DNA of 64,000 bases from Myxococcota bacterium (GCA_965247115.1 CBDFGR010000003.1:928001-992000), one strand, 5' to 3'. Positions 9,272 through 18,851 are shown, numbered from the stretch's first letter. Numbers and translations are program-made. Notes: generated by a model not told the origin, from the letters alone.

Positions 9272-10597
9272 ATGAGCGAAAAACGGCAGTTGCACCTCGG
9301 TGCCTTCATGCGCCCGGCGACCATCCATACCGGCGGCTGGCGCTATCCCGGCGCCGCCGCCGACGCCAATTTCAATTTCCCGCAGATGAAAAAATTCATC
9401 CAAAAATTGGAGGCCGCGCGGTTCGATGCGTTTTTCATGGCCGACCACCTGGCGGTGCTCAACATGCCGATGGAGGCGCTCAAGCGCAGCGCCACGCCGA
9501 CCTCGTTCGAGCCGTTCACGCTGCTGCCGGCGTTGGCCGAGGCCACCGAACATATCGGTCTGGTCGCCACCGGCTCGACCACCTACGACGAGCCCTATCA
9601 CCTGGCCCGCCGGTTCGCCTCGCTCGACCATATCAGCGGCGGCCGCGCCGGCTGGAACATTGTCACCACCTCGAACCCGGATGCGTCGTTGAATTTCGGC
9701 CTCGAAGAGGCGCTCGAACACAGCGACCGTTATGCCCGCGCCCGCGAGTTTTATGACGTGGTCACCGGCCTGTGGGACAGTTGGGCCGACGACGCGTTTC
9801 TGCAAGACCAGGAGAGCGGCATCTATTTCGATCCGGAAAAACTGCATGTGCTCGACCACAAGGGAAAGTATTTCTCGGTGCGCGGGCCGCTCAATATCGC
9901 CCGGCCGATCCAGGGCTGGCCGCTCATCGTGCAGGCTGGCTCGTCAGACGCCGGCCGCCAGCTCGCAGCGGAAACGGCCGAGGCGGTCTTCACCTCGCAC
10001 TCGGACCTGGCGGCCGGGCAACAATTTTACACCGATGTGAAGGCGAGCGCCGCGAGGGTCGGACGCGATGGCGATCATATAAAAATCCTGCCGGCATGCT
10101 TCGTGGTGATCGGCGATACGGTCGAAGAAGCGCGCGCGAAACGGGCGAAAATCGACAGCCTGGTCCATTTCGACAGCGCGATCGCGTCGCTGTCGATTGC
10201 CCTCGGCCACGACGCCTCGAAGTTCGATCCCGACGGGCCGCTGCCCGACATTCCCGAAAGCAACGCCAGCAAGAGCTGGCGCGAGCGCGCCATCAAGATG
10301 GCCGCGCGGGAGGACCTGACGGTGCGCCAGCTCGCGCAGCGGCTCGGCGGCTATTCCGGCGCGGCCATGGTGGGGACGCCCGAGACCATCGCCGACGAAA
10401 TGGCAGAATGGCTCGAGACTCGCGGCAGCGACGGCTTTACCGTGATGTTCTCCCACTTGCCCGGCGGGCTCGACGAATTCTGCGACCGGGTGGTGCCGGA
10501 ATTACAGCGGCGCGGACTGTTCCGGCGCGAATATGCGGGCGCCACCTTGCGCGAGAATCTCGGCCTGCCGCGGCCGGCCAACCGATACTTCGAATAG
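9272..10597 (+). CDS. NtaA/DmoA family FMN-dependent monooxygenase (LLM class)
   Basis: FDAFFMADHL, ARRFASLDHISGGRAGWNIVT, VPELQRRGLFRREY...TLRENLGL. Confidence 0.92.
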   Translation: MSEKRQLHLGAFMRPATIHTGGWRYPGAAADANFNFPQMKKFIQKLEAARFDAFFMADHLAVLNMPMEALKRSATPTSFEPFTLLPALAEATEHIGLVATGSTTYDEPYHLARRFASLDHISGGRAGWNIVTTSNPDASLNFGLEEALEHSDRYARAREFYDVVTGLWDSWADDAFLQDQESGIYFDPEKLHVLDHKGKYFSVRGPLNIARPIQGWPLIVQAGSSDAGRQLAAETAEAVFTSHSDLAAGQQFYTDVKASAARVGRDGDHIKILPACFVVIGDTVEEARAKRAKIDSLVHFDSAIASLSIALGHDASKFDPDGPLPDIPESNASKSWRERAIKMAAREDLTVRQLAQRLGGYSGAAMVGTPETIADEMAEWLETRGSDGFTVMFSHLPGGLDEFCDRVVPELQRRGLFRREYAGATLRENLGLPRPANRYFE

Positions 10598-10993
10598 GCG
10601 CGCCGCAGCCCACTCTACGCCCCTCGCTCCGGGCTATGGGCGTCTCCGCGAAGCTACCGAGCATCCTCGTGCGCGAGCGACGCCAGTCGGAGTCGTCGAG
10701 GCGGGAAAGCCACCTGCGGTGCGGTCCGCCTGGCTCTGCTTCTCAACAGCCTCGGCTGGCCTCTCTTGAGGCCGCCAGATTCGCCGTGCTCTTGGATCGC
10801 TTCGACGAGACGCCTGATGCGATCGGCAGACCGACGTGTACCCAGCAGATCCGGGACGAGCGGGGGGCGGCGCTGACCTTGACTAAGCAGGCGTCCCGGG
10901 CTTCGGCTCCGGGCGTCTCTCCTGTGTCGACTGTCCAGTGAGAAGCTTCCACCGTGGCTACATTTCGCCGATCCAGAGAGTCCTCGAAGATCG

Positions 10994-11014
10994 TGGTGGT
11001 TCGGTAAACCACCA
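10994..11014 (-). terminator. Hairpin just beyond the displaced tRNA 3' end (possible original tRNA terminator)
   Basis: TGGTGGTT-cggta-AACCACCA inverted repeat. Confidence 0.35.
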
Positions 11015-11032
11015 TAGCTGCAAGCGAAATGC

Positions 11033-11077
11033 TGGTGACCCAGGCAGGATTCGAACCTGCGACTTCTTGCTCCGGAG
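11033..11077. repeat. att site (45-bp copy of the tRNA-Arg 3' half)
   Basis: TGGTGACCCAGGCAGGATTCGAACCTGCGACTTCTTGCTCCGGAG, identical to 26056-26100. Confidence 0.95.
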
Positions 11078-11183
11078 AGAAGCCAGGGCGTAATGGCGAG
11101 TAGTCGCCAGTATCAGTCCGTCAATGATATCAGTAACATACGCGCCATTGGTGTCGGCGAGTATTGGCCCGTATCAGCCGGTC

Positions 11184-11208
11184 GGCACCTATTTGGCACT
11201 GATTTTGA
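11184..11208 (+). repeat. Putative integrase arm-type site GGCACC-N5-GGCAC
   Basis: GGCACCTATTTGGCACtgATTTTGA; 23/25 identical to 25990-26014. Confidence 0.7.
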
Positions 11209-11214
11209 CGCTGA

Positions 11215-11505
11215 TCAGTGTACCTCGCTGCCCGGCGGGGGTTCCTGTGCGACAGCCCTCACAGCCTTCAGAGGAACGTTGTGCCCCACCTCCGCGGCGA
11301 AGGCCTTGTGCAGCCACCACCAGGCCAGGCTCAGGATCACGCCGTCCCGGACGTCCTCGGGCACGGCCTCGCGGATGCGCTCGGGCTGCCGCTCCATGGC
11401 CGCGTGCACGGCCTCGAGGATATGCCGGGTGTCCGTCTCCGCTCGGTGTTTCCTGTACGTGTCCCCGATCGCGCGGAGTGCCACCTTCGCCCATGCTTCA
11501 TACAT
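11215..11505 (-). CDS. Hypothetical protein downstream of capsid gene
   Basis: 96-aa ORF with GAGGAG RBS, same strand as capsid. Confidence 0.55.
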   Translation of the reverse strand: MYEAWAKVALRAIGDTYRKHRAETDTRHILEAVHAAMERQPERIREAVPEDVRDGVILSLAWWWLHKAFAAEVGHNVPLKAVRAVAQEPPPGSEVH

Positions 11506-11591
11506 TCCGACTCCTCGCAGTGATAAGAAGTGGGGACTGGCGGCTCAGCAACGAAACCACCCGTCCCCAGCGCAGGCCGCAGCAACGAAGC

Positions 11592-12899
11592 CTACGCTTG
11601 AACTGTCCCAACGCGCAGCGCAGACGGGCGCACGGTCTGGCCACCGAGCCGCGCAAACGGCAAGATGCCGATGTTCGGCGCGTAGCGCTCCACGAGGCGC
11701 TGCAGGCGCAGCTCCATCCTCTCCGCGATGACAAAGGCCGTGTTGAAGTCGCCCAGAATCACCGGCTTGTTCGCGATGTTGTCCGCGTTGGAGAGGAACT
11801 CGGTCATCACCATGGGCCGCGAGAACAGCTGACCTGGCAGCTGGTTGACTGGGAAGATCGGTCGTGAATCGTTGTCTTCCAACTTGAGGATCAGGCCGAA
11901 CGTGTCCGAGTTCATGAGCCATGTGGAGTTTCGGCGGTACTGCGCGGCCAAGTCGGTCCAGATGTTCACCATGCGCGGGTACGAGATCCCGTTGTCCCCC
12001 GCAACGGGGGTCGCGTAGGTGGACGCGTCGCCCACCACCACCGTGGAAACGCGATCGTCCGACGCGATCCCCTCCGGCTTCCCTACGCCGTCACCGAGCA
12101 GGAACGCGAGGTCCTGATCGAGCGAGAAGACCTCGCTGATCAGCGACGACAGCGCGCTCTCAAGGTTCCCGACGCTGTCCTGAAGCAGCTCCTGCGGGAT
12201 CTCGATGACGTCGGGGGACCAGGCGTGCACGGGCACCCGCTCCATGCCGAAGGTCGGGTTGTTCTGCACCGTCGGTGCGGTCCCGCCCGTCACGTACGCC
12301 TCGCCCTTCCAGTTGCCGTCGCCCTGGAGGAGCGTAGAGGTGTACATCTTCGGATTGACCGAGGCCTCGTTGATGGTGGGCCACACAGCGGCCGGTCCCG
12401 ACGTCTGCACGACGCGGGCGCCGGCGAGGCGCACCGCAGCGTTCCCTGCGACGGCCCGCAGGATCTCCTGCCGGAAGTCCTCCGGTACGGTGAAGCCTCC
12501 CAGGGAGTCGTCGCCCGAAAGTAACGCGTGAACCTCGTCCGGTCCTGCGCCGTGCTTCTCCGCCGCCTCGATCATCCGAGTGTGGGAGTTCTCTTGACTC
12601 CCGCAGTGAATGAATGCCTCGAAGATCGCGCGGTGCGCCTCGTCTGGCACACCGTGGTCCTGCTCGGGCGAGGTGACGACGATCGGCCTGTCGACCGGTG
12701 TGGCCATTTCGACTTCGAGCTCGAGTCTCTGCATGTCCGTCTTGTAGGCCCGAACGTCCACCATGGATTTATCGAACTTGATCTGTAATTCCGACCGTCG
12801 AGCGGGGAACTTGCGCAAGTCGTCGCCGATCTTGCGCGCCGCGTCGATCGCGCGGCTGAGCTTCTCCTGTGCGTGCTTGAGTTCAGCTTGTACACTCAT
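11592..12899 (-). CDS. Phage major capsid protein, HK97 family, with N-terminal coiled-coil extension
   Basis: GGFTVPEDF, ELLQDS, AFLLGDGVGKPEGI, WLMN, ILGDF, RLGG motifs; ATG 12899 with GGAG RBS overlapping terL end. Confidence 0.9.
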   Translation of the reverse strand: MSVQAELKHAQEKLSRAIDAARKIGDDLRKFPARRSELQIKFDKSMVDVRAYKTDMQRLELEVEMATPVDRPIVVTSPEQDHGVPDEAHRAIFEAFIHCGSQENSHTRMIEAAEKHGAGPDEVHALLSGDDSLGGFTVPEDFRQEILRAVAGNAAVRLAGARVVQTSGPAAVWPTINEASVNPKMYTSTLLQGDGNWKGEAYVTGGTAPTVQNNPTFGMERVPVHAWSPDVIEIPQELLQDSVGNLESALSSLISEVFSLDQDLAFLLGDGVGKPEGIASDDRVSTVVVGDASTYATPVAGDNGISYPRMVNIWTDLAAQYRRNSTWLMNSDTFGLILKLEDNDSRPIFPVNQLPGQLFSRPMVMTEFLSNADNIANKPVILGDFNTAFVIAERMELRLQRLVERYAPNIGILPFARLGGQTVRPSALRVGTVQA

Positions 12900-14403
12900 G
12901 TTTACTCCTGCTTGTGTTCCACTCGGCCACATGGCGCGGTGGGGGATCTTCAATGGGTGGTGTAACGTGGACGCGTTCAGCGTCGCGGGAGAAATCCCAC
13001 GTGCCGTTGGCCAGTGTGATCCCGAGGTCTCCGCTCGCGCGACCCTGCGAGGCGAGCCAGGCTGCGCCTGCGACGCAATTCGCCAAGTCGTCATGAGCCT
13101 TTCTCGGATGGTCTATCGAGTCCCTGCCACTCCGGGCGGTTCTCCGCTCCAAGGAACACAATTGTGTTAGGAGCTTCGGGTGGTCGGGAAGCTCGACGCC
13201 GCCGGAGTTGATCAAAGCGAGCAGCTCGATGTAGAGTGCTGACTTCGTAAGCTCGCTAGCGACGTACACGACGTCGTGCTTGGCGAACGCGTCGACCACG
13301 AACCCCGCCGCGTAGCGATCGCCGGAGACCTCACGGCAGTCGTACATGCGCAGCAATGGAACCAGCTCGGCGACGACGGTTTCAGGACTGAACGGTGGTC
13401 GGACCTCCCGGACCACGTCGATGACGACGGGGTGCTCCTCGGACTCGCGGTGCGCGATGGCCAGCGTGAACGAATCCCCGCGACCACCGCTCGGATCGGC
13501 GAAGGCACAATACGAAAATTCTTCGAGTGGCGGCAGCGAGTGGCGAGCCTCGACGACGCAGCTCTCGGCGGATTCGCGTGAGACAAAGGCCGCGATGCCG
13601 TCGCGGAACGTCGCCAGGTACTCAGAGGTGTTTCGCTCCGGGTCCGTTTTAATTTCCTTGGCGATCCACGCTTGATCCAACGTCGGGTTCATTGAAACGC
13701 TACTGGCCTGCCAGACGAGGACCTCCGAGTCATCTACACCGTAGTGAGTCGCGTGCGCGTCGTACAAGACGCCGCTCTTCCCGTACGGGGAGCTGAAGCC
13801 GATCAGCCGACCGCGGGTGGTGATCAACGTGGGACGGACCGCACCGACGATCTCGGTGTCTGGATTTGCCGTCGTGTCGTCCATCCAAAAACCAATTTCG
13901 TCGCATATGGCAGCGACGATCGTGCGGCCACGAATCGAGCGAAAGCTCGAAGTCGCCACCTCGATGGTGACTCCGGTGGTCAATTCAATCGACTGCGCCG
14001 TCTCCCGCACGATGAGCTTTTTCAGCGCGGGACACGAATGCAGCAAGCCTCTCGTGTACTTGAAAACGACGAGCGCTTGCGGTCGATCGGCGCCGAGGAC
14101 CGCGACGATCGGGACTTCGCCTGGGCTTAGGTGTTCGGCGTAGTTCTGAAGCGCCAAAAAAATCGCGATCAGCGCGACAATCTGTGATTTGCCAGCTCGT
14201 CTTCCGCAGATCAACCACGCCTCTCTGTATCCAGCGTTGCGGGGGGCGTTGCGTCCCGTGAACATCCGGAACAGCACGAGTTCCCTACCAGCTAGGGGCA
14301 GGCCGAAGATCACGGCGAGCAGCACTCGCCACGCCGCCCAGCTCTCACCAACGAAGGTCCGGCCGAGCAACCGCGGATGCGTCATGAGGTCGACAACGTT
14401 CAT
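12883..14403 (-). CDS. terL: Terminase large subunit
   Basis: Walker A GRRAGKS, Walker B AICDE, coupling motif FSSP, RNase H-like FADPSGG...HDDLAN. Confidence 0.85.
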   Translation of the reverse strand: MNVVDLMTHPRLLGRTFVGESWAAWRVLLAVIFGLPLAGRELVLFRMFTGRNAPRNAGYREAWLICGRRAGKSQIVALIAIFLALQNYAEHLSPGEVPIVAVLGADRPQALVVFKYTRGLLHSCPALKKLIVRETAQSIELTTGVTIEVATSSFRSIRGRTIVAAICDEIGFWMDDTTANPDTEIVGAVRPTLITTRGRLIGFSSPYGKSGVLYDAHATHYGVDDSEVLVWQASSVSMNPTLDQAWIAKEIKTDPERNTSEYLATFRDGIAAFVSRESAESCVVEARHSLPPLEEFSYCAFADPSGGRGDSFTLAIAHRESEEHPVVIDVVREVRPPFSPETVVAELVPLLRMYDCREVSGDRYAAGFVVDAFAKHDVVYVASELTKSALYIELLALINSGGVELPDHPKLLTQLCSLERRTARSGRDSIDHPRKAHDDLANCVAGAAWLASQGRASGDLGITLANGTWDFSRDAERVHVTPPIEDPPPRHVAEWNTSRSKHECTS

Positions 14404-15041
14404 TTCGAAGACTTGGCCTCGTCGATCTCTGTCGCGATGGTGTGCAAGCTCTCAGCCTCGGCGACCTTCAACGGCGTGACGCCGATGACAGCCAGGTGTC
14501 GCAACGTGAGCGCCTGCAGGGTCGAGAACTTCTCCGCGTCCTTTGTCGGTCCGGGGTTCTGGAGGAAACGGCTCATCAGCGCGTCCGCCGCGACCTGCGA
14601 CCGGAGCCACCCGTCGATGGCGCAGATCTGTGTAGTCGAGACGTTCTCCGTTCCACCAAGGTCCTCCACGATCGCGGTCGCCTGCTTGCTACGCATTTCG
14701 AGGAGGGGCTTCAGACTCTCGTGCACCTCTGCGGTTTCGAGGAAAGCGTCCACATCCCTTCGGCGGACGGCATGCTTTTTCTTCATCGCGGCGCTGACTA
14801 GCTTGCCGTGTGCGGCGCGTCGCTCCGGCGGCCAAAATCCCGGGATGCCGGCGTAGGGCGGCTTGCCCAGGCGGACGTTTTGGGCCCTCTGCGCTTCGAC
14901 CCTCTCCTTACTCCAGCCAGCCTCCCTCGCGTCCACCAGGCGGCCTCGCTTGAAAAAATGGACGCCGTTGCCGTCGTAGAGGCCGTCGCGGCTCGGGCGG
15001 CCGTGTTTGTCGAAATGGGTTGGGCGTTTCTGTTTCGACAC
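14400..15041 (-). CDS. Putative terminase small subunit-like protein
   Basis: Stop overlaps terL start (ATGA); basic N-terminus and helical C-terminus; assignment is positional. Confidence 0.5.
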   Translation of the reverse strand: MSKQKRPTHFDKHGRPSRDGLYDGNGVHFFKRGRLVDAREAGWSKERVEAQRAQNVRLGKPPYAGIPGFWPPERRAAHGKLVSAAMKKKHAVRRRDVDAFLETAEVHESLKPLLEMRSKQATAIVEDLGGTENVSTTQICAIDGWLRSQVAADALMSRFLQNPGPTKDAEKFSTLQALTLRHLAVIGVTPLKVAEAESLHTIATEIDEAKSSK

Positions 15042-15375
15042 TTTTCTGCGTCGCTCCAAGGAGATTTGGATTTTTCGCACGCACTCCCACGCACCGGAGA
15101 GGGCCACCGGCCGAGATCCCGGGGGCCCACTTCGTCGGGATTGCGTCAGGGAAGTGGGCTCCGGCGTCTGAACACATAGGCCGCGGCGCGCCGAAACTTG
15201 AGCGGGACCGAGGGGGGCTCACGGTGTGGACCGAGCAGAGGCCAGCTCGGCGCCCCGGGGGTCGGGGCTGGGGACTCGCGCCCGCCCGCGCTTGCTGCAC
15301 AAGCAAGCGGTCGTGGGCTGAACGCACCAAATCCCTAATGAAATAGAGGTGTTAGAGGTTCCTACCCTCGACGCA

Positions 15376-15431
15376 GGTGCCAGATTGGTGCCTCCGCGAG
15401 GACCAGAATCACCAGTATAATCAGTTACTTA
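15376..15431. promoter_or_regulatory. Inverted copy of arm-type motif plus IHF consensus site
   Basis: 15376-15392 reverse complement is GGCACCaatctGGCACC; 15419-15431 AATCAGTTACTTA fits WATCARNNNNTTR; AT-rich patch. Confidence 0.5.
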
Positions 15432-15634
15432 CGGCCTTGGCTCTATTTTGACACCGATAAGTAGATGGTAAAAACACACTACACAAAAATGTGAGCCGAG
15501 CGCGCTTCACGATGACGCCACGGCGTTGGCGCAGCTAGGCCGAGCGGAGAGGGTCGGCGCAGGGAGGAGAAGGGGCTGAGGGGCTCATGTAGACGCGCCC
15601 GTTGTCATGCCGGCCCTCCCATCCGACGTGCGGG

Positions 15635-16459
15635 CTAGGCCCGGATCCCCCAGTTGATCCCGTTGCGGAGGAGGGTCTGGAAGCCCTCGGTATCCCAGGA
15701 GCCGCGAAACGTCCCCGGACTCTTCTCGTCGGGGGAGACGCTGGCGTCCACGAAGGGCTGGCCGTCTGTGGACGGCGAGTGGCAGTGACCCAGGGCGAAG
15801 TACGTCACGCCTCCCTGGCCGACGTCCTTGGTGTAGCCCAGGACCCGCGTCTTCCCGTCTGGGAGCAGCGCGGCGGTGTGGTCGTACTCCAGCCAGGAGA
15901 ACGTCGACGGAGTCGGGTCCTTGGGAAGCTCGGTGGTGAGCAGGAAGTGATGCTTCGACTCGGGGTCGAGCTCCAGGAAGTAGAGCTCATCCATGACCTC
16001 GAAAGACTCGGGGAGGCCGCGGGTGAGCGGGTGCGACCGATCCGCGACGTCGACGCGGAACTTGCACAGTGGCGGGTGGTGGATGACGAGGGCGCCAAGG
16101 GTCTCGTGGTGGCTCCCCTTCTCCATCTTCCGGCCCCCACCGGGGAGTCGCGCGGCCTTTCCGGCGGAGCTGCCGTGCAAGGCGAGCCAGCGACCGCCGC
16201 CCTCGAGCCAGCTCTGGACGAACTCGTTCTGCGCGTCGTTCAGATAGGGTCCGGCCACGTAGGTGACGAGGAACTGTCGATCGGTCAGCCACTGCTCGAT
16301 CGCGCTGAAGTCGTTCGCGACGGTCGCGTGGACCTCTTGCCTTTCCTGCAGGAGCTGGAGCAAACGCAGGCGCGCGTAGTCCATGTCGTGTCCGGCGGTC
16401 TGGCCCGCCGGGAAACCCCCGGTGACCACGTGGACTCGGACGGGTTCGGAATGGCTCAT
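15635..16459 (-). CDS. ThuA domain (trehalose-utilisation-like) protein
   Basis: GGRWLALHGS, HPLTRGLPESFEVMDELY, GQGGVTYFALGH, W...F..LLRNGINW. Confidence 0.85.
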   Translation of the reverse strand: MSHSEPVRVHVVTGGFPAGQTAGHDMDYARLRLLQLLQERQEVHATVANDFSAIEQWLTDRQFLVTYVAGPYLNDAQNEFVQSWLEGGGRWLALHGSSAGKAARLPGGGRKMEKGSHHETLGALVIHHPPLCKFRVDVADRSHPLTRGLPESFEVMDELYFLELDPESKHHFLLTTELPKDPTPSTFSWLEYDHTAALLPDGKTRVLGYTKDVGQGGVTYFALGHCHSPSTDGQPFVDASVSPDEKSPGTFRGSWDTEGFQTLLRNGINWGIRA

Positions 16460-16579
16460 CGGACGCTCCTTCTCGCAAGTCGTCGTGCGAGCATCCCACG
16501 ATCGCGCCGCGTCGTCTAGGGAAGGCGACAGGCGCCGCGGGACTCAGCAGGTCGGGTTGGGCAGCTCGGTTCCCCTCCT

Positions 16580-16710
16580 CTCCACACGCCCTGTGTGGAG
16601 TCTCTCCGGGCGAGCCAGCGAGCTGGGCTTATAGCCCCAGCTCGCGGCTCGCATCGATCGAGGAGAGCCTAGAAATCCGTGCTGGTGCGGCAGCTCGCGA
16701 GCTAGCTCGC
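16580..16710. other. Hairpins and GCGAGC/GCTCGC short repeats at 3' end of primase gene (candidate origin or terminator)
   Basis: CTCCACAC-gccct-GTGTGGAG; long imperfect palindrome 16610-16652; repeated GCGAGC hexamers. Confidence 0.45.
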
Positions 16711-18759
16711 ATCGGCAGCCCCCGTGGAGGTGAGCTGGACCAGTTTCTTTTTCCGCCCCGTGCCTTCGACCATCTCAGCCCGGCCGTCCTCCACGGCCTC
16801 CTCGATCATCTTCTTGGCCTTCGTGCTCGCTGTGCTGTTGGGGCGGGACTTTGAGCCCGCGGGCTTGGCGTCCATGATTCGCCATGCGATGTCCGATTGC
16901 GTGAGCTGCTCCCCGGGCTTGAGGTAGTCCTCCAGCAGCTTCTCCGGCCGTTTCTTCTCGGGACGCCAGTACCGGATCAGCCCTGGTTCATCTTCCGAGT
17001 CGGCGACGCGGAAGGTGTGCTCCCGCTGGGGCACGGCGTTGCCGTCCACGGTGAGTCGGCGGTGGTGGTGATCACCACCGCGGTCAAGCCGCCACTGAGC
17101 TACGGTCACTGCCCCGATGGCGCTGGCCCCGCGGGCGGAGACGCGGGCGTCGGAGCGGTCCGCGTGTCCCATGTGGTGTACCAGGACGAGGTAGGTCCCG
17201 AACTCGATCGAGATCTCGGCCAGGGCGTCGAGCCAGCCGCTCATCGCGGTGTTGTCGTTCTCGTCGATTTCCAGGGGCTTGAGCCGTGACAGGGAGTCCA
17301 GGAGGACGAGGCCGAAGGGCTCGCCGTGATCGCGGGCGTACTCGAGCAGCTCGCGGAGCAGCTTGAGGCCCTCCTGGTCGAGCGTGCGGATCTTCCGCGA
17401 TTGGCGCAGGTCCTTCCCGATCATCAGGACCCCGTCTTCCCAGTCGGGGTAGCGGGGTCGGAACATTCCAGCGTCCGATCTCTTCTCTGCCATGCGGCGT
17501 GCGACCTTGTCGATACGCCGGACGTCCTGCTCATTCGAGAGGATCAGCACGCGCGTGCCGGACAGCTTCGGTGCCCCTGCCCACGGCGACTCGCCCGTAG
17601 CCCAGGCGAGCCCGAGGTTGATACCGAAGGTGGTCTTCCCCGACTGGTTGTGACCGAGCAGGGCGTGGATTCCGGGCTCGGGATCTAGAAAACCGGGTAG
17701 CGGGCTCTCGGGATCAGGCTGCTTTCGGAGATTGCGCAGCTCGCGGCCGGTGAGGCCAACGTCGTACGGTGAGTTCCGGGGCTCTGCAGCTTCAGTCCGC
17801 ACCTCGCCCTGCTCGGCCGCGATCGCCTTGCGCGCCGTGTGCTCGTAGTACCTGAGAGGTTTCTGCTCCAGCTCCGCCGTCTCGTGCGAGGCCACCATGA
17901 GGGCCAGGAGCTGCGCAGGCGCGACACCCAAGCGCAGGGCCTGCTGGCACATGGCGTAGTCGATGTTGGACTGGTCTGGCAACCCGTTTGGCTTGCGCTT
18001 GGTCTCGCCGACGTCGCGGTCGTTGAAGTACGCGTGGAGCATCTGGAAGCGCTGTTCCAGGATCTCCAGCGTCTCGTCGGTGAGCTTGTCGTCGAACTCG
18101 CCGACGTCCGCCAGCTCGAGTGTTTCGACATCTAGGCGGAAGGGCTCGAAGTCTCCGAAGTCGTATTCGAGAGCTGGATGCCGTTGGACGATGCGGCACG
18201 GGCGGGGCGGGTCGTACTTATAGTTCAGGGAGCCGGGGATGCGCATGCACCTGCTGGCATCCGTCGCCGCCATGTCCCCATCGATGGCCTTCGCGATGCC
18301 CTTCAGGACACCTTCGAACGCGCGCACGTTCGACTCATCGAAGGCGTACGCTTCTCGGAGCCGCCAGTACAGGTGGACGCCCCCACCGGACGCGACGATC
18401 ATGGTAGGCGGTGGCAGGCCCGCGTCCTGGCGGCGCTGCTCGGCCTGCTCGAAGGTGGTGCCGTCAACGTCGCACCATAGGGCGCCGGCCCCGTGGAGGT
18501 TGTCCTTGCCACCTCCACCTGCAGGATCGCGCCACGTCGCGACCCGGATGAAGGGCGCCTCCCCGGGCTCCTGATCACCGAGGTCCCCCACGTCCAGCGA
18601 GAGAGCCTCTTCGGTGCTGAGCAGCCATGGAGGCTTCACGCGTCCGTCCGCGTAAAGCGTGCGCGGCTCGACCCAGCCCTGGGTGCCGCTGAAAAGCGTC
18701 TGGATGAAGACGGGAACGTCGTCCAGATTGACGACATACGGAATTTCGATAGAATCCAC
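16702..18759 (-). CDS. Primase-helicase (RepB-like AEP primase + AAA_25/RepA-type helicase)
   Basis: LWCDVD, SGGGVHLYW, RCMRIPGSLN primase motifs; Walker A GHNQSGKT, Walker B VLLDSL; GTG start with GAGGG RBS. Confidence 0.85.
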   Translation of the reverse strand: MDSIEIPYVVNLDDVPVFIQTLFSGTQGWVEPRTLYADGRVKPPWLLSTEEALSLDVGDLGDQEPGEAPFIRVATWRDPAGGGGKDNLHGAGALWCDVDGTTFEQAEQRRQDAGLPPPTMIVASGGGVHLYWRLREAYAFDESNVRAFEGVLKGIAKAIDGDMAATDASRCMRIPGSLNYKYDPPRPCRIVQRHPALEYDFGDFEPFRLDVETLELADVGEFDDKLTDETLEILEQRFQMLHAYFNDRDVGETKRKPNGLPDQSNIDYAMCQQALRLGVAPAQLLALMVASHETAELEQKPLRYYEHTARKAIAAEQGEVRTEAAEPRNSPYDVGLTGRELRNLRKQPDPESPLPGFLDPEPGIHALLGHNQSGKTTFGINLGLAWATGESPWAGAPKLSGTRVLILSNEQDVRRIDKVARRMAEKRSDAGMFRPRYPDWEDGVLMIGKDLRQSRKIRTLDQEGLKLLRELLEYARDHGEPFGLVLLDSLSRLKPLEIDENDNTAMSGWLDALAEISIEFGTYLVLVHHMGHADRSDARVSARGASAIGAVTVAQWRLDRGGDHHHRRLTVDGNAVPQREHTFRVADSEDEPGLIRYWRPEKKRPEKLLEDYLKPGEQLTQSDIAWRIMDAKPAGSKSRPNSTASTKAKKMIEEAVEDGRAEMVEGTGRKKKLVQLTSTGAADAS

Positions 18760-18851
18760 TTTAGTAACCCTCTGCTCGTGGGTGGCTGATCTGGAGCCCC
18801 GCTGACCGTCGCGTCGGCGGGGCTTTATCGTGGGAGCCCGGAACGTCCCAA

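Noticed and set aside
11033..11077. Second tRNA gene
   Set aside because: Only the 3' half is present; it is the att duplication
11592..12899. Encapsulin shell
   Set aside because: Coupled to a terminase within an integrase-bounded element; no encapsulin cargo context
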